Below the pieces are notes generated by a model that had not been told where the DNA came from, did not search any database, and saw only the letters and a list, made by a program, of their open reading frames with translations. From Azolla caroliniana (taxonomy: Eukaryota; Plantae; Polypodiophyta), in NCBI GenBank assembly GCA_043228905.1, contig JBHGNT010000011.1:16988001-17052000 (forward strand): a stretch of 64,000 nucleotides of DNA. The letters run 5' to 3'. The first letter of the stretch is position 1, and the number at the start of each line of letters is the position of its first letter. Of the stretch, positions 24,274-38,475 are shown in pieces. The position numbers and the translations under genes are program-made.

Positions 24274-27200
24274 TTATGTGTACAGAGAGAGAGATATACC
24301 ACCATCAAAGCCATTTCCATTGAAGTGATGGGAAGGTGAAGAATCTCCACATGCCCTAAAAGAATTCGGCGATTGTGCTCGTTCATGAGGGGAAAGTGGC
24401 GATTGCGGGATGCTCATGTCAGAAGCAAATGCATTTGCGACAAATGGATGTTGTAATAGCTCAGCGGCAGTTGGCCGATCTCGAGGATCCAATTTCAAAC
24501 AACTGCAAATGAAATCCTTTCCTTCGGGACTAAGATGTTCAGGCATCGGAGGTACTTCACCATTTTTTACCTTGAAGACAAACCCCATCTGTGGAAGGCA
24601 TTAAAAAAAACCAGTTTTTAGATATAACTAATTCTCAGCAAATGTGAAGCAGACAAGAAATAATATCAGCAACTAACATCATTACGGAAAAAAAGAAGCA
24701 AGAGAAAGCTAATAAGTGATAAGAAAACGTGAAATGAAAAACCAAGAGGAATGATAGCATCAGAGATTATGTTCGTTCCATATAGCAAGCAGTCAGAGAT
24801 AGGTTCGTGAAAAAAAGCCAGAAATCAAAAGGCACTAAAGACAAAAAGCAACAAGCAAAATCTCTAAGAAAATGAAATATTTTCCCTCAGGCATCATCGG
24901 TCGTTCGCCATTTTTCACCTTGAAGATAAAGCCCACTGTGAGAGGCACCAAGGAAAATGCTACTTTTTTAGCTATACACAATTTCCGGAAAATATGATGC
25001 AAAAAAACAGCACAAAAAGTGTGAAACAAATTAGAGGAGAAAAAACTCAAAACTTAACATCTTTGCGGAAAAAAAGAAGCAAGAGAAAGTTAAATGTCAT
25101 AAGAATGTGAAATCAAAAAGTGAAGAGAAAAAATCTGGATATTGAAAGGACTGCGGTGGAAAAGAAACAAGAAAAATCTCATAAGAAAATAGCATGGCAT
25201 GAAGCTGAAAAAAACATCATTATATCATTCAGTTTATCAACCCATACCCCTTCCAAATTACTCCAAGGAGGTTTTCCATCAGCCATCTCAAATACAGTAC
25301 AGCCCAGACTCCATATATCAGCAGGAAAGCTGTATGCATTTCGATTTGCTGTCATTACCTGCAATTTATCAGGAAACGATTTTTAGCACTATGCATGCTG
25401 AAATAAACATAAACACGAAGAGGCTATGTTGCCATTCCAAAAACTCTCACACACCTCTGGTGCCATATACAACGGTGACCCTTTAACTGAGGAGGTTAAA
25501 GTATCGCCTATCTGAGACCCAAATAAAAAGAAAGTTTAGCAAGAGATTGATCTTCATCTTTTTTCCCACCAAAAAGAACAAGCAAGTATATAAATTACCT
25601 GCTTTGCTATACCAAAATCAGAGAGCTTAACCCGACCATTTACATCAACCAGGATATTTGAACACTTGATATCCCTGTTTTAAAACAGAAAAAAAAACGC
25701 TCCGTTAAGGAGAAATAAACTAAATCATAAATACATTATCTCAAATATCATGATAACGAAAACTTCATCTCACCTGTGGATAGTAGCCTTTGCATGTAAG
25801 TAGTCAAGTCCACATAATATTTGCCATGTGTATCTCCTTATCGTCTTATCTTCGAATCGGTTGTACTTTTTCAAATTAGTATCCAATGATCCCATCCTGA
25901 CCAGTTCTAGAAAAATACATAAATGCCCATCTTCCTGCTTGAGAACCACATAGGAACACACAAAAGTACTTTTACTCGTGCTAAGCAGGTGATATTTACA
26001 TAGAAAAGGATCAAGAAAATTGATGGTACTCACAATAGAACTACCATAATAGCGAACGATGTTCGGATGCTCAAGCTTGCTAAGAACATCCACTTCCTGT
26101 CAACAGAGAGGTGCAACAATTAAAGATAACATTGAAACTGTGTACGAAATCCATAATTCGAATAGAAATGAACTACACGTTATGAACATAGCACAGGAAA
26201 TGATCGTGTGGGGAGGAAACTCAAGCTTTCCATGTGTGTTCTATTAAGTAGTGATATTTACTAGGTTAATTATCTGACTCTAATCCTATCAAAAGTAATG
26301 ATTACCTGGGTGGTGAGAAAGACCCTAGCCTTGTAAATACTTACCACTAGTTAATAATTTTTATTAGGTTAAATTTGAAGCAAACGAAATTCCAATCATA
26401 ACACTACCTGCTGGATTTCGGGTGATGTATCCTCATTTCTGCTCACCTTGACAGCAAAAAAACTCCCATCATCCCTGTTCAATAGAATCGTCATTGTTTT
26501 AAACATATAAAAATATCATCACATAATATATATATATATATGAATTATTAATACAAAGGTGACAATAAGGAATATATAGATATTTAATTGTCATCATTTC
26601 GGTATATTTAAATTCATCACCGCATTATATAAGGCTACTTGCAGATCTAAACAAGATTGTAGTCATTTTTTATTTATGCATATATACGGTGGTTGGAATA
26701 CTTAAACATATTATGACATGATTTGAAATACTTAAATATATTAAATATAGCTGAAAACAAAACCAGGCAAAAGACTAATACAGATTTGATACTTCCATAG
26801 AAAATGATACACACGCAATGTACATAAACACATGTATATGTAATATGTGTACGTTGGTACAGGCACACATAATAGTAAAGACAAGGATAAGAGGTTACTT
26901 ACAGATTCAATCCTTCATAAACTGTGCCGAAGCTTCCATGCCCTAGTATTTTCCCCATCTTCCATTGCTCAGGAACAAGGGATTTAGGGCCCATCCATGA
27001 CTGAAAAGAAGGATCTTTTCTTGGCGAATAAAATAAAGAGGAAGAAGAAAGGTTGAACCTTGGTATTATTGGAGGGGCAGAATGTGTTCGGCTGTTGATA
27101 TGCATCGGTGCCCATTGTGAAAGACATGCAGAATTCTTCTCTTTATGGTTTATCTTCACGCTATTGTTACTACAATGATGCATAGATTTTAATGGTGACA

Positions 27201-28086
27201 TAATGGGAGGTTGTGGCAGAGGATGAGCCATGGCTGGAGCAATTTTCGCATCCTCTCGCGACAAGACTCGTTTTGGATAACTCTGAGCAATTGTCATATC
27301 ATCTTTCAATGTGATTCTTTGTTTCGAGTCACTCTTTTGAACAAGTGCCATATCATCTCCTGATATTATTGTGTTCCCATCACTCTTGCGTGCCGGACGG
27401 TAGTACCGGGGTAGGGGCAACGGGAACATATTTGCATGATTGGAACTAGCAGCTTTTTCTTTACTAAGATAATGATCAATATCTCCATTATAGTTTATGC
27501 CGCTATGATTATCATGTTGTTGAGGTTTTCCACCAACTAGCTTTTTATTCTGGTCTATTTCGTGCTTACCACTTTCTTCAAGATATGAATATGCCAATTG
27601 CTGCTGATCCGTATTGCATTGATGCATAGAATGAGATGGTGAAGATGACCACCTACTAGATTTTTCTTGCTCTAGTGATGGTCTAGGGTTAGGATTTTGG
27701 GTTGGAAAACGAGTAAGTTGATAAATTGGAGACAATGGAGGATGAAAAGGGGATACCTGTGGTGAATTTCCTTCTTCACTTTCTTCTCCTTCTTCTTCTT
27801 CTTCTTCTTCTTCTTCTTCTTGGATGGATCTCTCTTCTGCATATCCATCGATATCATCGAAATCATCACCATGGTTGTTGAATGGTCTGTCTAGCAATTC
27901 ATTGATCTGTAGATAATCTTGTTGACTCACGGGTCCTAGGCGTTCCATGACCTTAGCTCGGCTATGGAAGTAAGATGGACCTTGATATATTCCATCAGAA
28001 GCAGGATGCACACAGTGCTGCTGGGATGGATTCTTCTTCTTATGTTTCAGATTGTTCTTACTGTCAAAAAGTCTGAAGAAGAGCAT
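24274..28086 (-). CDS. MEKK-type MAP kinase kinase kinase, 8 coding exons
   Basis: Exons: 28086-26903, 26474-26408, 26096-26034, 25934-25774, 25674-25599, 25511-25455, 25358-25248, 24588-24274. All introns are GT-AG and frame-consistent. Motifs: [73 protein letters not shown]. The start codon is less certain. Confidence 0.93.
24590..25140 (-). repeat. Tandem duplication of the end of MAPKKK intron 7 and the start of exon 8
   Basis: 24835-24938 is a degenerate copy of the exon 8 start ([19 protein letters not shown] vs [24 protein letters not shown]). Intron sequence 24600-24750 resembles 24950-25120. Confidence 0.85.
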
Positions 28087-28337
28087 GATCGAGGAGAAGC
28101 CCTAGTTAACAAAAGCACTGGTGGAGTCGGGTATAGAGCTAGGGCTTGATTTTTCTAATTGGTGACACAGGATGAGAGTTTAGGGTTAGGGTTAGTATTA
28201 AACTTTCTCCCTGGTGTACACGAAGAGGTTTCAGGGATTATTAATGATGATACATACATACAAGGAGAAATTTTTTTTAGTGGCTGAGCAAAAGTTTTCG
28301 TCACTGATGATACAGGAAGAGACTTTAGGGTTAGGGC

Positions 28338-28372
<35 letters not shown>

Positions 28373-28600
28373 TTAAGCGGAAACTTGAAAAAAGGAGTAG
28401 AGTTTCTTGAAAGAATGACAGAAGACGGAAGGGGTTTCAAGGTTAGGGCTAGTGGATTTCTTTCCAAAGAATACACACGAAAAAGGGGGGATAATATTAG
28501 GGTTAGGGTCTTTGCTTTGAGATACAGAGGATTTCTTCCCTTTGTGGTGACAGGCAGGGCGAGATTGAAGTTGGGGAAGGGGAAGGGGAAGGGGAAGGGG

Positions 28601-28678
28601 TTAGGGTTAGGGTTAGGGCTCTGGTTAGGGTTAGGGTTAGGGTTAGGGTTAGGGCTCTGGTTAGGGTTAGGGTTAGGG
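28601..28678 (+). repeat. Interstitial (TTAGGG)n tract upstream of the MAPKKK
   Basis: About 11 TTAGGG units interrupted twice by CTCTGG and preceded by (GGGGAA)n. Short TTTAGGGTTAGGG copies occur near 28178, 28324 and 28708. Confidence 0.9.
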
Positions 28679-28839
28679 GATTCTTCCTTTTAGGAGAGAG
28701 GGGGGGGATTTAGGGTTAGGGAGAGGCATGGGGATATGTAGGGAGGGGGCGGGGCGTAAGACACAGGGAGAGAGAGAGAGAGAGTGAGTGAGTGATCTCT
28801 ATGCGTGTGTCTCTTCGTGAAAAGCAGAGAGTGAGTTGA

Positions 28840-29032
28840 GTATGTATGTATGTATGTATGTATGTATGTATGTATGTATGGTTATGGTATGGTTATGGTA
28901 TGGTATGGTATGGCATGGTAATGGTATGTAGCAGAGAAACCGTGTTTTTGTTGTCTCTGTACCAACTACACATACATAACAACATAAGACGACTGAACCA
29001 AAAGAAAAGAAAAGAAAAGAAAAGAAAAGAAA
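28840..29032. repeat. Compound microsatellite (TATG)n/(TATGG)n/(AAAAG)n
   Basis: Directly visible. Confidence 0.9.
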
Positions 29033-30656
29033 AGGGGCTTCTCTTCCTCCGCCGCCGCCGGCAAAACAGAGTACAAAAAAGGGCGGAGGCCGATCCCATC
29101 CTGTGCCACCCGACCGACCGCGAATCCCCCTGCCTGCCTCTTTCCGGGCGGGTGGCCGGCCATCCCCGCCTCGCCCGGCCATATAAGCAAACAATACACA
29201 CACACACACACACAAAACTCGCTCGCTCGCTCGCCCCCCCCCCCCCCCCTTCCCGATCAACCTCTCGCGTATTTGTGATCTACTGCCAGGTCGAATCTTT
29301 CGCTATCGGCGCCCAAAAACAAAACAAAAACACACAAAAGGTTATTGTCCCCACCCGCTATTCTCGTCTATCTATCACCGATGGTCCCTGATTATGGAGT
29401 GTAAACAAACGGGGGGATATGTAGATGCATATTGATTTATGATCACCAAGAATGTGATCGTAATATTTACGATGTATGCGAATCCTAGTTCTCACCGTCC
29501 CGGATGACCAAACAATATATGTATGTCTAGGTGACACTAGAGTCTTTTATTTTAGCATAGAATTTTGTACAATTGCCAATGCCAATGCTTCACTATTACA
29601 TTTCAATTCAAACTTCATACGTATGGAATGCATAGCTCTTATTACGTATGCATCTAATGAGAGTCCCTGCTACCATACATTCTAGCCAGCTTGATATTCA
29701 TTTGATGTATATGTTGATAGAGTGACATATGAATGTTGCAATTCACACATCTCTACGATTGTTCATATCCCTCTCTACTCTCTATTTCACTTTCGACTCG
29801 CATGCTTCACCCTCCCTCTATGCCATTCGCTAAAATAATGATTCACATGCTTGATTTTAGAAAAAAATTGTGACGAGGAATGTGAGTTGAAGGTGAACTA
29901 CAAAGAGCATTTTAACAATCACCATGGATTGTCACTAAATTAAATTAATGAGACTACCAATTTTAACAAGGGTAAATTTGATGAAATCAATAGTAACATG
30001 CATAATATTGATATTACCCTCGTAGGGAGATATATTTAATATAATGTGGAAAGTTGGTGATGCATCAATGTTATAAAGAAAACATTATTCACCAAGGATC
30101 TAGTGTATTGTATCCCATCTTCCAGAATCCAAACCATATCTTCGTGCTTTGCATCAGTTTGAAACACAATAGTCCTTATGTGTCATTTGAACTCATTTAC
30201 TTAATTTTTGTGCAAGTTTAGGAAGTCGATATCGACATGCTCACAAGCTCGTCGGGAAGTGATACTGTCTCAAGAAGTAGGATCATGTTTGCAAATTGTA
30301 GAATGAATTGGAAAAACTTTGTAAGTACACATTTCGGACACAGAGATGCCATCACAACATAGATACACATTAATGACATTCATTAGGAAAAACCAATATT
30401 TGATTTCTCCTCAATTGCACATATTGTCAAATATATTATTAGCCCTCTTTACCGCTTCCTAAGAATGGTGGTTACCACTTACTATCCATAGATATAAGAA
30501 CAAAAATTTACAACGTCAAAAAATTGTAATGGAATAACATATGTACATGTGAGTGAGTGAATGTGTGCGTAAGCTTACGTATGTATATAAGTGAGTGAAT
30601 CAAACAAGCTTCAAGAGCCACCCAACTAATTTATCATAGAAATATGAGATGACAAT

Positions 30657-30961
30657 TAACAATCGACAACGGTTCGGTTCGGTTTCAATGGTTTGAAACC
30701 GTGGTTTAAACAATTTTATTTTTATTTTAAAATTTTAAAAAAATTGTTTCTAAACAATCTTTTCATTTTTAGACCTTATTCTCACATTTTTAGAATATCT
30801 TTAAAATTTTAAAATAATGAACCCTAAATTTTGACCTAAGTTGAAAACCAAAACTGAACCACGAAACTGCAATTTTAACAGTTTCGTGGTTCGGGTTTCA
30901 AAATTTTTTAACGGTTTGGTTTTGACCCTCTCAAACCAAACCAACCCGTTGCCGATTGTTA
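30657..30961. mobile_element. Non-autonomous hAT-type MITE (~305 bp)
   Basis: Imperfect ~31 bp TIRs TAACAATCGACAACGGTTCGGTTCGGTTTCA / TCAAACCAAACCAACCCGTTGCCGATTGTTA. The 8 bp flanks ATGACAAT (30649-30656) and ACGACAAT (30962-30969) match at 7 of 8 positions. The core is AT-rich with AAACC(G)-type subterminal motifs. Confidence 0.8.
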
Positions 30962-31442
30962 ACGACAATCGTGGATAGTTGTTGACCAATACATTCTAGA
31001 TCATCTTGTTCCTCTATATATAGGGTCATCGAATGACTGCGGGGGATTCAAAATTCACACTACTGCCTAAGTGGAAATGCCACCATCTTTTCTTTAGGCT
31101 TGTACAACTTAGTTTGAAAAGTTGACTATCTACATAAAAAGTTATTGTCTTTATTTAGCTACTACACCAAACATAGTTTGAAAAGTTGTCTAGCTATTGA
31201 GGTCACATTGTTGATCGGTTATGAGGAAAACAACTTTATAATGTGAATAAATCTCTTATAAAGACCATGTACCAAGTTCCAACCTTAAGAATTCATGAAT
31301 CATGATTTCATGTATTCACATATCCTTTTTCAACTCCATCATTAATCACCCCTCAATCCCCTTATTCCCTTCTATAATCTCATATTTAATCACTATGAAT
31401 GCAATACTATTCCAAGCATATCTCTCTCCCTCCCCCCCCCCC

Positions 31443-31479
<37 letters not shown>

Positions 31480-31955
31480 TGGAATATTACATTACAAATA
31501 TTAACCCTCCAATGTTGGCCCCAATACAAGTGAAAATGCTAGAACATACCCAATCACATCTCCCTTAACACTTCTTTGAACTCACTCACACAAGCTAGGT
31601 GTCGAGGTAGCATCATGGCATCATCACCCACTTTATATGAAGGTAAGTAAGGTATACAATGAAAACCTAGTGAAGGATGAATATCACTTACATATCATAT
31701 GCTCATGTATAAGGTAATTTGTGAGAAATATGGTGATTTGTTAGATGGGCATGATAATGTATGTAAGTGTCATACTCAAATGACCACCAAGAAGGGTGAG
31801 CATGTATGTGCATGCATTATTTTCACATAGAGATTTTTTTACTATAGAGTGGTAACCACCATTCTTAGGAAATAGTTACATACAACAAGATGTGTTAATT
31901 TGGTTCCATAGGTCAAAATCGGTCTCATCACATATGATAAAGCATCCATTACATT

Positions 31956-32077
<122 letters not shown>

Positions 32078-33002
32078 TCCCTCTTAGGTCATACATAAAA
32101 CACACTCGAAATCAATGAAAGAATCTCTATAAACTAGATGAAACTAGTCTATCATAGTTCACAGGTGAAGGAGTAATGTAGTCCCAACATGATATGTTTA
32201 GAAAGGCTTTTAGATTAACATATAACATATAGTCCTCCTGTGTGAAACCTATGCAAAAATATGCCTACATGGGAGAAGATGGATATATATCGGAGAATTG
32301 TGTGCAACCTAATCATGTTTTGACAATCTCACCAATAACTATATGTATTTTAGTTCTTTTCACAATAAATTTTTATCTTTTTACAACAAAAATGAAGTCA
32401 CCTTCTTACTTGGTTCAACAACCCTCTCACCATCATCACGATAACATCGTCCTCAAGGTTTATCGTGTGTTATGATTATCTCTAAGAGCTTGTATTCCAG
32501 AACCCTCACATGATGGGATGTGGGGAGTTATATGATAGGAAACTGTCACAAGCAGTTCTAAATTGGCAGTCAGGCAAGGAACTCCTAAATACCGAAAAAG
32601 TCATCGACAATACTCTTTTGCAATATTGTCATCATGCACCGTAGTCTTATGTTCTTGCAAACACCATATGGGTTTGTAGCCATGACCCAATAGTTGTTGT
32701 GATTTGGTGTTGTGAGCCAATTGGTGGTGGTTTACCATTGAGCCTATGCGTGGACACAATGAACTTATTGGCTATAACTATTTGGTTTTCTTACCTTTAT
32801 GCACATAGGTAGCCCTTACGTTGCTAATATAGTATTGGTTTCACAACACAATGGTCACACATGGATTGGTCGATAATGAAGTATCCATACTAATCTATAC
32901 AAAATACCAATGTTATAATCCATTGCAAATTGTTTCCAACTACAAAATCAACTTAGTATGACATCATGGGGAAATAGTAACACTTTCCCAAGTAGTTTCC
33001 CC

Positions 33003-33480
33003 GAGTCTTTTATGTATCTCATCCTTGTTTTTTGAAAATATTCACTTGCCTCGATATTCTTGATTTTTAATAGTTCTAACTTGATCTATCAAAGCTTACC
33101 AATGCTCTTACGAAGCTTAATTACATGTAAATCTAGATCTTGTGGTGAATTATGAGATTCCTTGAGCTTGAATCTTTATCCTCTTCTAATTAATTGATTT
33201 CCACCTCGATTTTGGGCCCACGTCCATGCGCACTAATTTAGTTACTTGATTGAGTCTTTGATATAATTTCATCCGTGTTTTTCAAAAACATTCACTCACC
33301 CCAATAAATTGGACTTTTTACAGTTCAACTTGATCTATCAAAACATTGGCATCCTCAAATATTTTTATGAAGTTTAATTACGCGTCATATTGGATTCTCG
33401 TCGTGAAATGTAAGACTCATTGAGCTTGCAACGTTTATCATGTTTATCCTCTGCTAAGTAATCTATGTCCACCTCGTTTC
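33003..33480. repeat. Old, diverged ~250 bp tandem duplication
   Basis: GAGTCTTT...AACTTGATCTATCAAA...TGAGCTTG...TCCACCTCG occurs at ~33003-33210 and again at ~33252-33478. Confidence 0.7.
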
Positions 33481-36099
33481 TAGGTTTGTAACCATTTAGA
33501 TTTTTTATGTTTTGAGCAATTTTATAATGTTGATTTTGTAGCGATTTTGTTCATTTAATAACATCTTTGGCTATTTATTTGCAAAAATAAGTGAGAATAA
33601 GATAAAAAGAAGATTTTAGGTTTGATAGTTTTCTTGGTCGCCGCCGCCAATATCCATGCAATGTCTTCACTTGTTTTATGACTTCAAGGTCTCGCGATTC
33701 TCCCTCCCTTTCTCTCTTTCTAACTCAGTAAAAGGATTTCTTATTTTTCTTATTTGAATATCCTTATCCATGGAAATGGTCTATGTGACTCACTTGTTCT
33801 CTTTCTCACCTCTCTTACTAATCCTTGGGACAATCATGCGAAACTTTGCTAATGTTGCTTTAAGAGGCATATTATTTTCAGCTATCAAATTAAGATGGTT
33901 TGTAAAGCCACATATTTAGATCAAATAAAATATTGGGCATGGTCTCAAGCGCAAAATGTTAGAAGTTGTTATAATGAATGCAACAATAATTGAGGTTTGA
34001 ACAACCATCTCAAAACAATGTCATCTTTATAGCCACACCATCATGGTAGCTTCCAAATCTGTAAGCAACAACAATGGGTCAATCCATGTTGAATGTCCAC
34101 TTATATTCTGCATAAACATACAAAAGTTAAATGATCATTGTGCTTTACGATGTAATGGTTCGATTGGGCTTGTTTAAGTAGATATTGAAATAAGAGCAAG
34201 AGCCATAAAGCATGTCTATCTATTCCTTTGCATTTTTAGGGGAATGGTTATATCGGATGGTTGCATAAGAAGTCACGACATATAGATAATACCAAAGGTA
34301 AATAATAATTTGAGTAGCAAAGTTCATTTGGATGGGTGGATGTGTTTTGGTTGTGGCCAATGAGGAGATCTTGGTATCCTCCCTTGTTAAATGCTACATT
34401 TGTCCATGAAAGTGGATATCGTTTTACACCTTCAGTCTATTGGTCATTGTTGCATTCAATCATTTAGGTTCAAGAGTGAAGTTGTAAAGTAGTTTTCAAG
34501 AGTATGTCCATGTCTCAAACTAAAAATATGAAGTTTTTCTTTTAGCTTAACCCCTCGATATGTCATGTAAGCTAGAAAAAAAAAATCCTATAATGTTGTA
34601 TGACAATTAAGAGGTCAATGACACGGACACAAGTCATTAAACTAGTGGGGCTTAATCCATAATCAATGCTGGAATAAGATGGTTTGCAACGCGAGCATTA
34701 GTGATAGAAAAATCAAAACAACAACTTAAAACCATATATCATGCCTTGCTATGTATATACTCTCTCTAGAATAACATATTCCCGAAGATTATTTTATAAA
34801 ATCCATCCTAGTTTCAAGGCGTTCGTCAAGTAACACCTTCGAATGAAGAACGGTATCATAATTTGACTTTTAGTCAAGTTGTATCTTGACAATCACACAC
34901 ACACACACCCATGACAGTTTTTAACTTTAAATGCCCTTCATTTTTTCACTTCTTAGATTAGAAACAACATTCATTTAGGAACAATAATAGATATATAGCT
35001 ATGCTAAAAATGAAACATCATCCCAAAATATATACATATGTTAAAATGAGTATGAATAATGACCTAATGGGAAGACAATTCAATACTGTTGATTTGACAA
35101 TCCTTCATACTTAGCCATGTATTTAAGCCCTATCAATGAAGACTACAATGTGTTATGGAGCTTCTTTGATTTGCATTTATGGCATTTTGTTATGAAATCC
35201 AACTTTCACATCTAAGTGTACTTGAGAAATCACTGAAGGCACTTGTTGAGTCTTGTTTTGCACGGGAAACATAGTTGCCCATAATTTCTTCTACCAAACA
35301 CTCTCCATGCCTTGTTTATAGTACATCCATAATAATGGAGCAATTGCATTTTACATGCAAAGGGGCCAAGATGACTCGTACCTTGGAGTATTTCCCTTCC
35401 TACACTCAATATTGAGTCCTAATGGGTCCCCTTCCTCACAATGGGCTAGCCAAGGGACCGGGGGTGCCATTAAGCAATGGCAAAGACCACATCATACTTC
35501 AACACATAAAAGCATTTACCACTGGACTCCATGAAATCGTGGAAGCCTTGAAGTCTTCGTTAAGTTAAACTAAAATTAACACATACATAATCACTACACC
35601 AATTAAGATAATTTGCTTGTCTTAATCGATAAGAAACACAAGGCATGGCAATTAAATTGACAATTGTTAAAATAGAAGTATGTATATCTCAATTAATCAC
35701 GTGGCAAGACCACACGGAGGAAAGTAGTTATTCATAGATACAAGGGAGAGAGAATGGGAACCAAAATGTAACCCCATAAATGGGACACTCAAAACCCTTT
35801 TGACATGCAAGCTCTTGCACTTTCAAACAAGTTGGAAACCCTAAAAGGGTCTCTTTCACATTCCAATCTCAACCTATAAAACGTGGTTTCAGACAAATAT
35901 AATATGTCTATATTTCTTCTATATATTTGACCTATGACCAATATTCTAGATTGGAAATATTAAGCCTTACAAAGTTGGTAAACAAAAGACTATGACATTA
36001 TTTCCCTTAACAAAGCCTAAATTAGGCACTTTTACTCACTCTTTAGCATAATGTCACCATGAACTAAATATTTTCATTGCATTAAAAAGAGGTAAGTCA

Positions 36100-37967
36100 T
36101 TGAAGCAAGCATTTTAGTGCAGAGAATCAAGCCCTTCCTAGGAGATATCATCCAGTCCAATCAAACCGGTTTCATGGAGCATCGTTCTATTATGGACAAC
36201 GTGATTTTGTTTTGGGAGGCTGTTGCAACGGCGAAGGAGACCAATCAAAACTTAGCCTGTCTGATGCTCGACTTCAAGAAAGCCTATGATTGAGTGCAAT
36301 GGTCTTTCTTGGAAGAAGTGATGAAGGTCATTGAGGTACCTTTGGAGTGGAGATGTGCTGCCCAAGCCTTATATAGGAATGGCTCGAGTAAGGTGTTGAT
36401 TGCAGGGAGGAAAGGAGCTCGAATCTTTCTAACTCGATCCATCAAGTAGGGTTGTCCTCTTGCCCCCTTTCTTTTCCTTTTTATTACTGAAGCAATGTCT
36501 GCCCTTTTTAACAATCAAGGGGCAAATCTTCATGGTCTTTCGATCCCTAATTCAAGGAAGTCCCTGTTGGACTCGGAGTTCGTGGATGATATGATGTTAT
36601 ACCTCCAAGGAAATGAAGCGAATCTTGAGAGGGCACCGAGTGCTATTGAGCTCTTTTGCAAGGCATCGGGAGCATCCATCAATTGGAAGAAGTCCAAGGG
36701 TTTTTGGATCAGCTTGGAGTCCAAGCCTGTTTGGAAGCTAAATGCTGAATTCAAATGGATTGCAAACGGGGAAGCCACTAGGTATATGGGAACGTGGATT
36801 GGGGTAGATATCGACAAAGGAATTTAGTTGCAACAAATTCAAAGCAAAATCTGTGACAAAATTCGCAACTGGTCAGGGATGAACTTATCATTGGCTGGCA
36901 AGATCATAGTAGCTAACCATGTGCTCTTGTCTACGTTATGGCATGTAGTTTCAGTGTGGATGTTTGACAAGCAAGCTATTCGTAATGTTAAAGCGTGTAT
37001 TAGGGGATTCCTTTGGGCTGGGATGAGGAAAGACAACGCGGCAACCAAAGTATCATGGTCTACATTGGTTCTTCCCAAGAGTAAGGGGGGTTTAGCATTG
37101 ATTGACCTTGGATTGCAGAGTCAGGCATTGTTATGTAAGGTATTGGTAAGGAGCTTGCTACCTGGTAACGAGTTATGGAAAACATTGATACATAATAAGA
37201 GCATTGTCTGGAGTCCAAGACTGGGTGGGCATTGGGCTCGGTTTGGGGTTGAGGTTCATGTATCGAGCGCAACAATCACTTGGTTGGCCATTGAATCGGC
37301 CTCGTGGTTTCAAGGGTGGAATGGAAACAGTCCTTCTTTAAAGGTGATGCAAGGATCTGTGCAACCAGTGCAAGGAGGTTTATTCTTCTTACAGGAACGC
37401 TGCGTGGACATATGGGTATTAGTGGTCGGCCTTACGGTCTGGCAAGTGTGGGTATCTAGGTGTAGGGAGACCTTCGCAGGTAAACGAACCCCACCGGCTG
37501 AGAATCTAATGATGATCTGGTTCAATCCTATTTCTACGTTGCGAGGTGAGTTTGAAAGTCTTCAAGGGCCATCTAACGCAAGTGAAGAAGCGAGAGCTCG
37601 TTTCTTGTTGAAATGGAGCGGTTCGTCAATGCTACATATAATGGATGGTAAAGTGAAGTGGAATTATCAACCACCACGGTGGTTGTTCCCTCCAAGTGTA
37701 CCTAACATCTAGATGGGTGCTGCCATGAGGAGCGAATGGAGGACATCTATGCTGAATTCTGCTGGTATGAGGCTCACATGGAGAATATGCGTCGAGTAAC
37801 GCTATACACATCGAATGATGTGGTGCTTTGGAGTTGTTTTTTTGTTGTTTCATCTACACATATTGTTTTCCTTTGACATGCAAGATGTCTTATAAGATAT
37901 GAGTTGTAAATTATCCTTTGTACATTGCTTAACTAATGGAAGTAGTTTTTTTTTGGGAAAAAAAAAA
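36100..37967 (+). mobile_element. 5'-truncated, decayed L1-clade LINE with poly(A) tail
   Basis: RT motifs IIQSNQTGF..RSIMDN, LDFKKAYD*V.W.FL, *GCPLAPFLF, FVDDMMLYL, INWKKS and LSLAGK are present, with several stops. A-tract at 37958-37967. Confidence 0.92.
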
Positions 37968-38173
37968 TGTGCCCACATAAAATCCTTAGTTTAATGCATT
38001 CCTCAAATTGAACAAAGCATGAAATATTGGGGGGATTCATGTACTATTTGTATATGTATCAAGACTACTTTGTTCCATTTTTGAACTGATATGGCCTTAA
38101 AAATGCATGAATAAATTTGAGGAAGTTAAGCTCAATAGTGCAAACAATACAAATCAAGTTCAATACTTTCTTC

Positions 38174-38470
38174 TTTTTTTCCAAAAAAAGATACGACATT
38201 AGTATTAGAAAACATGTAAGGCTATACGTACAAGATATACCACAAATCCCCCTTTTTTAAAATCCTAACCATCGGCTTAAATAAATACTTTCGTGCAGAG
38301 TAAAACCACTCCACCTTATCAAAAAGCCATCTATAAAATATACCTATGTCCCAAATGGCATGAAACTCCAATCGCTTAAGCTCCATTTGTTGCGTATTAC
38401 CGTTTATACTATCCAACAAACCTTTGAGATTATGCACAATCTTTGTCCAAATCCCATAAATTATTTGGAC
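38174..38470 (-). mobile_element. LINE 3'-end fragment
   Basis: IWTKIVHNLKGLLDSING...RLEFHAIW...VEWFYSARKYLFKP aligns with the ORF2 C-terminus of the neighbouring LINEs. T-tract at ~38174-38180. Confidence 0.7.
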
Positions 38471-38475
38471 ATGTC

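Noticed and set aside
28214-29391. 150-180 aa ORFs and a GC-rich hairpin upstream of the MAPKKK
   Set aside because: The ORFs are translations of microsatellites (GL, ER, YVCM repeats). The hairpin matches no RNA family I recognise.
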